A DNA stretch of 64,000 nt from Octopus vulgaris (Eukaryota). The translations under genes were made by a program, and so were the position numbers. Numbering within the stretch: position 1 is the first letter of the stretch; each line of letters starts with the position of its first letter. Under the pieces are notes generated by a model, which saw only the letters and a program-made list of their open reading frames with translations, was not told where the DNA came from and ran no database searches. Positions 1 to 11,967 of this stretch are shown one piece after another. The stretch lies in assembly GCA_951406725.2 (NCBI GenBank), contig OX597828.1, positions 49,290,001-49,354,000 of the forward strand, given 5' to 3'.

Positions 1-46
1 TTTTCTTTTTGTGCCTTATAATTTAACACACTCACCGGTAAAATAG

Positions 47-148
47 CCACTTTTTCCTTATTTTTATTTTCCTAAAATAGTCTTGACTATTGAAAAGGTT
101 GCAAGACACAATGGAAATTTTAGGAAAATAAAAATAAGAAATAAGTGG
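47..148. repeat. Inverted repeat / remnant of a palindromic element
   Basis: Arms ccactttttccttatttttattttcctaaaat (47-78) and attttaggaaaataaaaataagaaataagtgg (117-148); inner palindrome aatagtc-tt-gactatt. Confidence 0.75.
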
Positions 149-599
149 AAAATGACTCTCCCCAGACACAACAGAATATGCTTCAACACACCAACTCATA
201 TAAAGAATCTTGCGAACCGAATTAAAAAATGAAACAAAATATTGTCATTTTTACTGCATTTCTTCTTTTTTAGTGAGTTGAAATCCTACCAAGGTCACCT
301 TTGCCTTTCAGGGTACCCTTCAAGTACTGGGGTGGGGGTGGAGGGTCAATGCTCCTTACTCCACTGCTAGAAACTGTTATTATTATTATCATTATTTTAT
401 TAGAACCATTACTTTTTCACAATATTCTATGAGTCTTCATTAATTACACTGTGTATTCACTGCATAACTGAGTAAACTTCCACAAACCTCACTCGAAATA
501 TAAACACGTTTAGTATTAACTGCTGGAAACAAGGTACTCAATATCGTGCTAAAGATTAAAGATATTCATTTTGGTCAAGTGAGCTTCTTTCTATAAAAC

Positions 600-700
600 T
601 AGTTTTTAAACATCCAATGGCTATGGGGGTTCACCAGAATAAACTAATGATCAAAAGGTTCCTTAGATAAAAAAAATTAAAAATTGGTTGAGGACCACTG
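600..700. mobile_element. Right end of a hAT-type MITE
   Basis: Ends ggttgaggaccactg; resembles 55910-55984 and complements the cagtggttctcaa left ends at 51412 and 55095. Confidence 0.5.
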
Positions 701-793
701 CCCTGGAATTTGTATGTCTGTGTGTCCTTTTATTTCACCCATTACACCTATACTAAATGACAAACTCCCTGAGTGTAGATTCTTGCAACCTGT

Positions 794-1019
794 ATACTCT
801 TTACTCCTTTACTGGTTTCAGTCATTTGACTGTGGCCGTGCTGGGGCACCACCCCCAGTCGAGCAAATCGACCCCGGGACTTATTCTTTGTAAGCCTAGT
901 ACTTATTCAATCAGTCTCTTTTGCCGAGCCGCTAAGTGATGGTGACGTAAACACACCAGCATCGGTTGTCAAGTGATGTTGGGGGGGACAAACACAGACA
1001 CACAAACATATACACACAC

Positions 1020-1078
<59 letters not shown>

Positions 1079-1238
1079 GACGGGCTTCTTTCAGTTTCCG
1101 TCTACCAAATCCACTCACAAGGCTTTGGTCGACCCGAGGCCATAGTAGAAGACACTTGCCCAAGGTGCCACGCAGTGGGACTGAACCCGGAACCATGTGG
1201 TTGGTAAGCAAGCTACTTACCACACAGCCACTCCTACG
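794..1238 (-). mobile_element. SINE family A, full length (tRNA-like head, internal (TA)n/(TG)n, (AAAGAGT)-like tail)
   Basis: Head with A box TGGCTGTGTGG and B box GGTTCAGTCCC; more than 20 related copies in the window. Confidence 0.9.
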
Positions 1239-1812
1239 TATATTTATTAAAAATTTTTTTTTTTTTTTTTTACATTTAGATAAATGATACTGCTGGTTCC
1301 TTCAGACATATAATTGTCATCTGTTTGCATTAATAAATCTATTTGTAGACATTTTATTGTTTGATGGACTATAATCGTTATCTGCTAATATAATTGGCAG
1401 CGTGTCTCTATCTCCAGCTCTCTCTGTTTACCAAATCCCATGACATCTATATCAAAGTCAATTAGTTGCTATGATATTTTCTCTCTACATTTTTCATCAA
1501 ACCAGTGACAACCAAATACTGAGTTAGAAGTCTACGTTGCAGCCTTAGCTATCTGTGCAGGGAGGCTGTAGAGGTACTCTTATACTTCAACATTACATAT
1601 GAATGTGTGCATGTGTGTGTGTGTATATACGTGCATGTGTGAGTGTACATATATAAATATACTGTGTGTGTACCTCAATATTTATTAAAGGTGAAACATA
1701 CATTTCATCTAATTGACTCGTTACAGTTTGCCACAAGCAATTAACTAAAGAAGTGAACATTTATCACCTGTGGAGTAGCGACAGGTATACTCTAGCAATA
1801 GTAGTAATAGTC

Positions 1813-2025
1813 CTTTCTATTATAGGTGCAAGGCCTAAATATTAGGGGAAGAGGTTAGTCAATCACATGGACCCCTCCCCCAGTATTTAACTGGTACTTA
1901 CTTTATCGGCCTCAAAAGAAAGAAAGGCAAAGTTGACCCTGGCAAATTTTGAATTCAGAACATGAGGACGGCCGAAATACTACCAAGCACTTTGTCTAGC
2001 ATTTTAACAATTCTACCAGCTTGTT
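1813..2025 (-). mobile_element. SINE family B, diverged copy
   Basis: Reverse complement of gagctggcagaa...gagttcaaattc...ctttgcctttcatcc...aagtaccag consensus. Confidence 0.75.
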
Positions 2026-2063
2026 GATTTAATAGTAGTAGTAATAATAATAATAATAATAAT

Positions 2064-2502
2064 TAATTCTTTTACTGGCCACAAGGGCTGACAAAAATCA
2101 ATTATTACATAAAGGGACAAAACAGGATGAAAGGTTACAAAGGGTTTTGTCCGTTTGTGAAAAAATTGAGTAAAAAGGCAGTTTAAAAACGAAAATATAA
2201 CAATGAAAAACTCCCAAAAGGGGGAGGCATTACGAAAGGTTCCTGATGGAAAAAAACCATAAAAGCCAACGGGAGCCTGGTCAAAGGGGGTAGAAAGCCC
2301 CTTTCTCCTTTTATATTACCTTTTTAAATCACAGGTGTAATCTCAGAATGGCTCCTTTCATACTGGCCATTCTTGCGACATTTATCCACCTTTCAGAAAA
2401 CTTACTATCAGACAGCACTTCCCTCTCTACTCTCATCCTCCTTTTCAAGTGAAACTTGAAAAAGTTGATGAGGCCTGAGCCAAAGAGGAAAGTGTCTGAC
2501 CT

Positions 2503-2503
<1 letters not shown>
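2064..2503 (-). mobile_element. 5'-truncated L1/Tx1-clade LINE (ORF2 C-terminus plus 3' UTR)
   Basis: 2502 to 2329 reads RSDTFLFGSGLINFFKFHLKRRMRVEREVLSDSKFSERWINVARMASMKGAILRLHL*, resembling Tx1-type ORF2 C-termini (recognition from memory); T-rich UTR and (ATT)n tail. Confidence 0.7.
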
Positions 2504-2541
<38 letters not shown>

Positions 2542-2547
2542 GCAATG

Positions 2548-2835
2548 ATGGACTATCCTCTCGAAGACGATGGATGAGCATTCAGCTTTTGCCGAAAAAT
2601 CTGCACAAATGATTTGTTTATAGTGATTGAATGTGCGTGCTGCATATTAGCTCGCTCTCTCCATCAAACCAAAATTGTCTGAAGAGGTGCACAAGTATGC
2701 CACGCATCAGGGATTGAAGTGATTACAGAGTAACATGAGACGAAGTGTTTTGCTCAAGAACATAATGCACCACTCACTCCAGGAATTGAAATCACAATCT
2801 AGCGATTGTGAGCACAAACACCCGAACCACTACGA
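2548..2835 (-). mobile_element. SINE family D variant
   Basis: Reverse complement of the tRNA-like head and ttcttgagcaa..cactt body; tail differs from other D copies. Confidence 0.6.
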
Positions 2836-2844
2836 TTAATAATA

Positions 2845-3058
2845 AATGGTTACAAATTTCGACACAAGGCCAGCAAGTTCAGGGGAGGTAAGTCATTTAC
2901 ATTGACCTCGGTACTCAACTGGTAGTTATTTTACTGACCCTGGAAGGACGAAAGGTGAAGTCAACCTCAGCGGGATTTGAACTCAGAATGTAAAGGTGGA
3001 TGAAATGTCACTAAGTGCACTGCTCAGCAATTAATAATAATAATTCTGCCAGCTCCCC
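2845..3058 (-). mobile_element. SINE family B
   Basis: Matches family B consensus with the older tail type. Confidence 0.75.
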
Positions 3059-3147
3059 AATTGAAATATAAACATTTAATGTGAAATATCTAAAAAAAAA
3101 TTTCTTCCTGACCATTTTCTTTATTTCTGAAAGTTTTGTATTTTTTC

Positions 3148-3365
3148 TTTTATTTTCTTTTACTTGTTTCAGTCATTTGACTGTGGCCATGCTAGAGCAC
3201 CACCCCCAGTCGAGCAAATCGACCCCAGGACTTATTCTTTGTAAGTCTAGCACTTATTCTAAATGATCTCCTTTTGCCAAACTGCTAAGTTATGGGGACG
3301 TAAAGATACCAACATCAGCTGTGAAGCGATGGTGAGCGGGGACAAACATAGACACACAAATATTT
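3148..3365 (-). mobile_element. SINE family A, 3' half
   Basis: tttacttgtttcagtcatttgactgtggccatgct... motif. Confidence 0.8.
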
Positions 3366-3369
3366 ATAA

Positions 3370-3865
3370 TCATCATCGGTTAATGTCCGCTTTCCATGCT
3401 GGCATAGGTTGGACAGTTTGGCTGAGGGCTGGTGAACCAGAAGGCTGCACCAGTCTCCAATTTGATCTGGCAAAGTTTCTACAGCTGGATGCTCTTCCTA
3501 ACGCCAACCACCCTGAGAGTCTAGTGGGTGCTTTTTATGTGCCACCTGCACAGGAGCCAGTCTGGCAGCACTGGCAATGATCAAGCTCAAACGGTGCTTT
3601 TAACGTTCCACTGGCACAGGTGCCGATCAGGCGGTACTGTCATCAGACACGACAGCGATTTCACTTGCTTCAACAGGTCTTCGCAAGCATAGTTTATTGT
3701 CCAACGATTGAAGGGTCTTAAATGGGCTGGTTATACAGCACTGGCATAGGCCACAGTTATGGTCTCACTTGGCTTGCTAGGTCTTCTCAAGCACAGCACA
3801 TCTCAAAGGTCTCAGTCACTTGTCATTGCCTCAGTGAGGCCCAATGTTCGAAGGTCATGCTTCAT
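3370..3865 (-). mobile_element. Family E retroposon (RTE-like tail ending (GAT)n), long copy
   Basis: catcatc..gtccgctttccatgctggcat...ctggatgc.cttcctaacgccaaccac; extended part also seen at 51722-52105. Confidence 0.8.
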
Positions 3866-5143
3866 AAGTATAACAACCCATCAGCTGGTCAGCTCCTGTC
3901 AAACCATCCAACCCATGTCAGCATAGAAAATAGACATTAAATGATGATGATGGCATACCCCCACCCACCCAAAAGAAGGAAAGACAAAGTTTATGTAAAG
4001 TAACAAGACCGATGGCTATGTTACACAGTTTACAGTGGCACAAAACCAGACGTGGCACGTGTAGTAATTATGTCAATGGTGTGTGTGTGTGTTACAAGTG
4101 AACGTTGTTAATTCATTCTTAACGACCCAAAACATCACCAGTGGACACAGTTCAAACTATTTGTGAAACATCACACATGATTCTCCCTGGTGTTTCCATG
4201 ACAACAGAAATGATGAGTGTTTGATAAATATTAAATTGTAAAGATGAAGAATTTCTTTCATTTCCAGAGATGTGATGGGAGAGCATTCTCCTCAATTATT
4301 CATGCAATGCTTGGAGAAGTTGAATTTGAAATGTCACTTTATACTTCGGTTATTCCACAGACATCTTGATATGGTAAATTGCAGAGGAATTCTACACTTG
4401 CTGTAATTCCATTTCACAGCAGCGGATATTGTTAAATATCATCGACAATTTTCAGTTCCTCAGAGAGTTCACATTAAGAATTACTATCCTATGTATTTCG
4501 TGTTTGTCTCTGCTTTGCCATAAAGTCAAAACTCATTCCCATCAACTCCAACCACCACCACCACCACCATCACCACTACTACTACTACAACTGCCGCCAC
4601 CGCCACTGATGGTCTGAATGTGACAACAAAAATAGATTGATTTATTGGTTTGTGCCATCTGGCAAAAGCTAAGCTTCTGATGAACAGAGACAGCTAAGTT
4701 GTTTGGTAACCTCTCCACTGCCACCATCACCAACAACACTGCCACCACCACCACCATACATGTTATGTTTGAATGCAATCTAACAAGGTGATACCCTGTT
4801 AAACCCCCACTACAATTTTTTTTTTTATATATCTCTGAATATTTTACAATGCCAGTTTTTAAGCAACAGTTTCATTCCGTGAACACATCTAAAATATTTA
4901 ACCACAAATACTTAACTAAACCTACCCAATTAAAGACATTTAACCAAAAATATGTAACTAAAACTAACCAAAAATGCTTAACTAAAAATGTTGAACTAGA
5001 AAAACTAAACTACCTCTAGTTAAGTATTTATTAACTATTTTAACTGGAAATACTTAACTAAAGCTACAGACTGACTTTTAACCCTGTTTAAGTGTTTTTC
5101 TGTGAGAAGCTAATAGTGAAATTAAAAATAAAACAGCAGTTAC

Positions 5144-5227
5144 CTGGGTGGGGCCCAATCATGTTTTGTAGCATCTAGTAGCGTTCCGACATACGTTTTC
5201 CCTCTCCATGTGACGTTGATAACAAGG
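5144..5227 (-). CDS. ZNF608: Next coding exon of the same gene; 5' edge and acceptor disrupted in this sequence
   Basis: 5226 to 5144 translates [28 protein letters not shown], the direct continuation of the family motif ([29 protein letters not shown]). Donor CAG|GTAACT, phase 2. No in-frame AG upstream; the bases completing Gly-Val are missing. Confidence 0.93.
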
Positions 5228-5955
5228 CTAAGCCATTAGCCAAGGGAGCTAACAATTCTGCCAGCTCACCATGTTGCTGATCTAGTAAATATAACATTAT
5301 TAGACTGTAATAACAACAACAAGAATTACTAGAAATAATGGTTTCAAATTTTGGCACAAGGCCAACAATTTTGGGGAAGGGGGGCAAGTTGATTACACCA
5401 ACCACCCCCTGCTCAACTGGTACTTATTTTATTGACCCCGAAAGGATGAAAGGCAAAATCAACTTCAGCGGAATTTGAACTCGGAACGTAAAGACTGATG
5501 AAATGCCACCAAGCATTTTGCCCAGTGTGCTAACGATTCTGCCAGCTCGTCACCTTTAATTGGTAGAAATAATGGTAAATGTTACAACATGCTGCTAAGC
5601 CATTAGCCAAGGGAGCTAACAATTCTGCCAGCTCACCATGTTGCTGATCTAGTAAATATAACATTATTAGACTGTAATAACAATTACAAGAATTACTAGA
5701 AATAATGGTTTCAAATTTTGGCACAAGGCCAACAATTTTGGGGAAGAGGGCAAGTTGATTACACCAACCACCCCCTGCTCAACTGGTACTTATTTTATTG
5801 ACCCTGAAAGGATGAAAGGCAAAATCAACTTCAGTGGAATTTGAACTCGGAACGTAAAGACTGATGAAATGCCACCAAGCATTTTGCCCAGTGTGCTAAC
5901 AATTCTGCCAGCTCGTCACCTTTAATTGGTAGAAATAATGGTAAATGTTACAACA
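5227..5955. repeat. Tandem duplication, two ~367-bp units, each carrying a minus-strand family B SINE
   Basis: Units start gctaagccattagccaaggg at 5227 and 5594; only a few differences. Confidence 0.95.
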
Positions 5956-6504
5956 GTTGGTAGAGATAAAGACAGAAGATTGTACTAATTGGCAGAAATA
6001 ACCCGAGCATTATAAATTGTCAGCAAAGATGTGTTGTAATGGAACTAGACTTCCAACCTGATAGATCTGATTAAAGATTGATGTTGTTGTTGTTGTTGTT
6101 GCTAAGCTTCAACTTCAGATCAGGTACATACACACACAATTAGCCTTCCAGCTTCTGGATTTAGTGCTTAATGCATCAAGTATTTAACTTACAAAAAAAT
6201 AAATAATCCTTAATGAAATTCAATTGTTACAGTTGATCTGTTTTTATCTTAAATTGTTTATAAATACATCTTAATTAGCTGAATAATTACTACACAATAA
6301 TTAATGACGAGGACAAATGGAGAGAATGTTGCTGATATTAGCAAGAATATTGGTTTCAAATTTTTGTACAAGGCCAGCAATTTTAAGGGAAGTGGGCTAG
6401 TTGGTTTATTTTATCAACCCCCAAAGGATGAAAAGCAGTTGACTTCAGTGAAATTTGATCTTGGAACCATAAAGACACATGAAATTCCACAAAGCAATTT
6501 TAAC

Positions 6505-6630
6505 CAGAAACACTGCCAGATCAGACTGGAGCCTGGTGCAGCCTTCTGGCTTCCCAGATCCCCAGTCGAACCGTCCAACCCATGCTAGCATGGAGAACGG
6601 ACGTTAAACGATGATGATGATGATGATGAT
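6505..6630 (+). mobile_element. Family E 3' end
   Basis: ccaacccatgctagcatggagaacggacgttaaacgatgatgat. Confidence 0.8.
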
Positions 6631-7580
6631 GTGTTAACTATTCTGCCAGCTCGCCACCTTAGCAAGAATTTTGATGATATAAGGTTGTTTATTGCAACAA
6701 CACACACAACAGGGATTAAAGAAGTCAGAATTCCACATTGGAATTGCAACGGAAGACCTGAATTTTCAATTATTATTTCTTATCCGCTGTCTATGCTTCA
6801 CTGCCATGCATCATCACACAAGCATCACATATAAATCTCCTACATTCACCATCTATTTTTCACTACCACATACCACTGTGCACACACACACACACACCTC
6901 CTACCTGCTGTCCCCTTACAATCACAGTCCCATATCAATTCCCTCTCATTCTAAAAGGACAGATTCTTTGTTGCTACTGAATCCTGTTCACTGCACAATG
7001 CCACTCTCTTCTAAATCCATCTGCCTCAGCCGTCTCCACCATCACGACCATCCATTAAAGCCATCCCCGTACTAATTATGTCACCTAGGTAACAAGACAT
7101 CTCATTAGTCCCCAGTGCGCATTTTACTCTGCCTCTACATTACTACACAGCTTAAGTAGGTACACACACACACAAACATGCAAACACACACATATTTGTG
7201 TGTGTGTGTGTGTGAGATAGATATATAAATAGAAAGGGAGGTGTGTACACACACACACAAATAAAATAACATATTATACACACAGACACACACACTCTCG
7301 CACAAATGTGCTTATGTAAGTAAATATTTTTGTTGAGCATGTATACACTCAACGTTAATATGTAAGATATTTATGCATGGGTCACAACATATGTATGTCC
7401 CCAGACACACAGACACACACACATGTATGTATAATCAATCATCCAATGACAGCTGTGATAGAATATTAAACACACCTCCAGATACTCTCAGACACAGTGT
7501 CTTGTTAGCATGAGAGAGCAGACTAGAAATCACCACATCTATTATAGATAACATATATGCATAAAACAAAAGGCTGAGTT

Positions 7581-7621
<41 letters not shown>

Positions 7622-7805
7622 CATACACACACAAACATACACACACACACATACACACACAAACACACACACAATGTGGTTTGCTAACATAATGAGAAAC
7701 TCTGTTTATGATTTCCTGATCAGTGATTTTAAACCCCTACTGCAGGGGTTTTTGTAGCTGTAAATGCCGGAAATATTCACCTCTACACAGGTACGCACAT
7801 GATGC

Positions 7806-7840
<35 letters not shown>

Positions 7841-8099
7841 CATGTATAAGAGAATATGGAAGCACATAAGCATGTGTAATTTATTTGTAGCCACAAGTTC
7901 TCATTCAGCAACTCTAATTATTTGCGAGACGAGGTATGAAGTGATGTGACTAACGATCAAGGAATAAATAGCACAACAGTAGTGTGTGTGTGTGTGTGTG
8001 TGTGTTAGAAGGATAGAAAGAGAGAGAGAGAAAGAGAGAGGCAGTAGTAATGAGAGCTCAAGGAAGCAGTAGATAATATTAAATGTCTGCTTTTGACAG

Positions 8100-8195
8100 T
8101 TAAGACTCCACCTAGCCCCTAATGTTATGTCACCACCACCGCCATCACCACGGGTTAAGGCTCCACCCAGCCCCTAATGTTACATCACCACCAAC
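8100..8195. repeat. Short direct duplication (~55-bp period)
   Basis: ttaag.ctccacc.agcccctaatgtta..tcaccacca twice. Confidence 0.8.
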
Positions 8196-8423
8196 ACCGA
8201 ATTACTGTACTATTTATCTGTGATAAAGTTGTTATTGTTGTTGTTGTTGTCGGTTAAGGACCAAGCTGCTGCCTGTTGTTACACTCTGGCATAATAACAG
8301 CATTACTTCAGCCTCCTGAAAGGGGAACTGGTAGCAGCAGTGGTGGTGGTGGTGGTGGTTGTGATGTAATGAAGAACTGGTAGCAGTTCTAAGTGGGGTT
8401 GTGGTTAAGATAATGGTCATTCT

Positions 8424-8584
8424 GGCAGGAGTGGCTGTGTGGTAAGTAGCTTGCTAACCAACCACATGGTTCCGGGTTCAGTCCCACTGCGTGGCATCTT
8501 GGGCAAGTGTCTTCTGCTATAGCCCCGGGCCGACCAATGCCTTGTGAGTGGATTTGGTAGACGGAAACTGAAAGAAGCCTGTCG

Positions 8585-8615
<31 letters not shown>

Positions 8616-8834
8616 TTGTATGTATGTGTTTGTCCCCCTAGCATTGCTTGACAACCGATGCTGGTGTGTTTACGTCCCCGTAACTTAGCGGTTCGGCAAA
8701 AGAGACCGATAGAATAAGTACTGGGCTTACAAAAGAATAAGTCCCGGGGTCGATTTGCTCGACTAAAAGGCGGTGCTCCAGCATGGCCGCAGTCAAATGA
8801 CTGAAACAAGTAAAAGAGTAAAAGAAAAGAGTAA
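8424..8834 (+). mobile_element. SINE family A, full length, young
   Basis: Near-identical to 27770-28180 and 63466-63886; CpGs retained. Confidence 0.92.
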
Positions 8835-8869
8835 TTACAACTTCAATCTATTTGTTACTTTCTAATCCA

Positions 8870-9545
8870 CTGCAGACAACCACCTTTCATCCTCCCAGGG
8901 TTGATAAAACTAAGTACCAGTTGAGTACTGGGGTCAATGCAATCGATTACTCCTTCCCTCCAAATTCCAGGCCTTGTGTCTACAGCAGAAAATATCATCA
9001 TCGTCGCTGCCGCCGCCACCATCAACATTATTATTATTATTAAAGAGGTGAGCTGGCAGAATCGTTACCGCACTGGGCAAAATGCTTAGCAGCATTTTGT
9101 TCGTCTCTACATTGTGAGTTCAAATTCCACCAAAGCCAACTTTAACTTTCATCCTTTTGAGGCCGACAAAATAAGTAAGTACCATTGAAACACTAGGGTC
9201 AACGAAACCAACTAGTCCCTTCCCTCAAAATTTCAGGCCTTTAGTCAAAAGGACTGTTATTACGTTTATATATTTGTTTTGCAAGAAGGCGGCGAGCTGG
9301 CAGAAACGTTAGCATGCCGGGCGAAATGCGTAGCCGTATTTCGTCTGCCGTTACGTTCTGAGTTCAAATTCTGCCGAGGAAGACTTTGCCTTTCATCCTT
9401 TCGGGGTCGATAAATTAAGTACCAGTTACGCACTGGATCCAATGTAATCGACTTAATCCATTTGTCTGTCTTTGTTTGTCCCCTGTGTTTAGCCCCTTGT
9501 GGGTAGTAAAGAAATATATATATGTTTGTTTTGCAAGATTTTTGA

Positions 9546-9581
<36 letters not shown>

Positions 9582-10305
9582 TGTTATTATTTAGACAGTG
9601 AGCTGGTAGAATTGTTAGAGCACCAGGTAAAGTGCTTAGCAACATTTCGTTCATCTCTACATTCCAAGTTCAAATGCTACCAAGGCTGACTTTGCCTTTC
9701 CTCCTTTCAGGGTCAATAATGTATAGTACCAGTTAACTACTGGGGTCAATGATGTCGATTATGCCTCTTCCATCAAAATCATTGGCCTTGGCTAAAAATT
9801 AGAAAGAATAATCATTGTTACTATTATTATTAAGGTGGCGAGCTGGCAGAATTGTTAACACGCTGGACAAAATGCTTAGCAGCATTTAGCCCATCGCTAA
9901 GTTTCTGAGTTCAAATTCCACAAAGGCTAACTTTGCCTTTCAACCTTTTGGGGTCGATAAACTAAGTACCAGTAAAACACTATGGTGGTGAAGGTGGTGG
10001 GGTCGATGTAATTGACAAGTCTCTTTCCCTAAAACATTTCAGGCCTTGTGTCTTTAGATGAAAAGATTATTATTATAATAATAATTATTATTAAGGCAGC
10101 AAGCTGGCAGAATCGTTAGCACACTGGGCTAAATGAGTAGCGGGATTTCGCCAGTTGCTACATTTCTGAGTTCAAATTCTGCTGAGGTCAACTTTGTCTT
10201 TCATCCTTTCAGAATTGATAAAAAAAGTACCAACTGAATATAATTGACTCGTCCCGTCTTCCAAAATTCCTGCCCTTGTGGAAAAATTTGAAACCATTAT
10301 TATTA
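8870..10305 (+). mobile_element. Head-to-tail cluster of about six family B SINEs
   Basis: agctggcagaa-type heads near 9050, 9293, 9600, 9840 and 10102 plus a headless copy near 8880; separated by (ATT)n. Confidence 0.88.
9287..9520 (+). mobile_element. SINE family B, young long-tail copy with TSD
   Basis: TSD tttgttttgcaaga at 9273-9286 and 9525-9538. Confidence 0.92.
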
Positions 10306-10590
10306 TTATTCTTGTTGTTATTGACAACTTATATTGATCAGTTATTTCATAGGAATTTAATGAGCTCTCTTTCAGAAGCATTTTCCCCTTTGCTATTTTT
10401 GCTGTTTTTAGGGTTTCCAAAACCATCAACACCATCATTGTCATTTAATATCTATTTTAATAAACGATGAACACAATTACTACTAACATCAAACAATATA
10501 TACAATCTACATACACGCACACATGTATATCATGTGTATGTAGTAGCATCTACAGCAATGATTTATACATTATGTGTGTGTGTGTGTGTA

Positions 10591-10864
10591 TGGAGGTGCA
10601 ATGGCCCAGTGGTTAGGTCAGCAGACTCGCGGTTTCGATTCCCAGACCGAGCGTTGCGAGTGTTTATTGAGCAAAAACACCTAAAGCTCCATGAGGCTCC
10701 GGCAGGGGGTGGCGATCCCTGCTGTACTCTTTCGCCATAACTTTCTCTCACTCTTTCTTCTGTTGGCCTGCTCGCTTAGCCAGCGAGGTGGCGTCATTTG
10801 AAGGCTAAAGCAATGCGAAGCGCATTGTGACCAGTGATGTGTAGCAACATCTGATAGCCTGCTC
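10591..10864 (+). mobile_element. SINE family C (tRNA-Arg-like head; possibly octopus OR-type)
   Basis: tggaggtgcaatggcccagtggttagg...gactcgcggtttcgattccc with A and B boxes; head shared with 21518-21900. Confidence 0.85.
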
Positions 10865-11485
10865 ATAAATAAATATATACATATATATATATATAAAAGG
10901 ATGTTGCAAGGTATTTATGAGATCATTTCAGCAGGCAGCTATAAATGGCTGATGATTTAACATAATGCTTTGTGGAATACAGCAAACTTAGAACTTTCTT
11001 GTTTCTCTTTCAGGTGTATTGACAGCATCCAGAAAGATTCCTACCTGAGACAAAGAAATGAAAAGGCATGCTGTGCTTGAGCCTCTAGCTAGCCACTAAC
11101 CACAGTTTCATGGCCAGTTCCTTGAAGGTGAAACAAGTCCTTCTCACATACAGGCTCAGGAGCACAAAGCAGAAAAAACAGAAAAAAAACTGGTGGTGAT
11201 GTCTCTGGTGAGGGATATATTATCATCTGCGGCAAAGGGACAAAAACACTTTCAGCGATCAGACATCATCAAGACAGCCGAGTTTGTCCAGCAGAAGCAA
11301 GAATGAACAACAACTCCTGGTTGCTCGATGGAGGTCATTGTTAAGCACTTAGAAGTGAGAGAATCCACTATCATAAATATATTGTACAAGGAAGTCAGGT
11401 ACAAATCCTAAGTAATGGCCTAGGGATAATTCATGCACAGAAAGGGCTAAGATAACCATATAAGAAATGGTCAAAGTGTATACTG

Positions 11486-11531
<46 letters not shown>

Positions 11532-11544
11532 CACATAAAAAGCA

Positions 11545-11967
11545 ACTGTGCTGGTCTTATGTAAAAAGCACCCAGTACACTGTAAAGTTGTTAGCACAAG
11601 GAGGAGCAACCAGCCATAGAAAGCATGCCAAAACAGGCAATGGAAGACTGTCGCAACTCTTTGGTTTGTTAGCTCCTGTGAAACCATCAAACCCATACCG
11701 ACAAAGAAAACAGACAGTAAATGGTTTATATCATCATCATCATCATCATAACACACCAGCATCAGTTGTCAAGCAATGTTGGGAGGACAAACACAGACAC
11801 ACAAACACACACATATATACAACAGGCTTCTTTCAGTTTCCGTCTACCAAATCCCCTCACAAGGCTTTGGTCAGCCTGAGGCTATAGTAGAAGACACTTG
11901 CCCAAGGTGCCCAAGGAACAATGTGGTTGGTAAGCAAGCTACTTACCACACAGCCACTCCTGTGCCT
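11545..11967. mobile_element. Family E (+) joined to family A 5' half (-)
   Basis: aaaagcacccagtacac...acccat; then acaccagcatcagttgtcaagc...cacagccactcctg. Confidence 0.75.

Noticed and set aside
973-1287. Recurrent ORFs containing RLPNPLTRLW...GTEPGTMWL
   Set aside because: Antisense reading of SINE family A. Any database 'hypothetical protein' match would likely be an annotation artefact.
1400-1470. LIDFDIDV on the minus strand, reminiscent of the family's N-terminal LIIDLDADL
   Set aside because: Weak match and on the wrong (downstream) side of the identified exons.
4250-4480. Plus-strand acceptor-like site followed by unique sequence
   Set aside because: The frame I translated closes after ~33 codons; no recognisable product.
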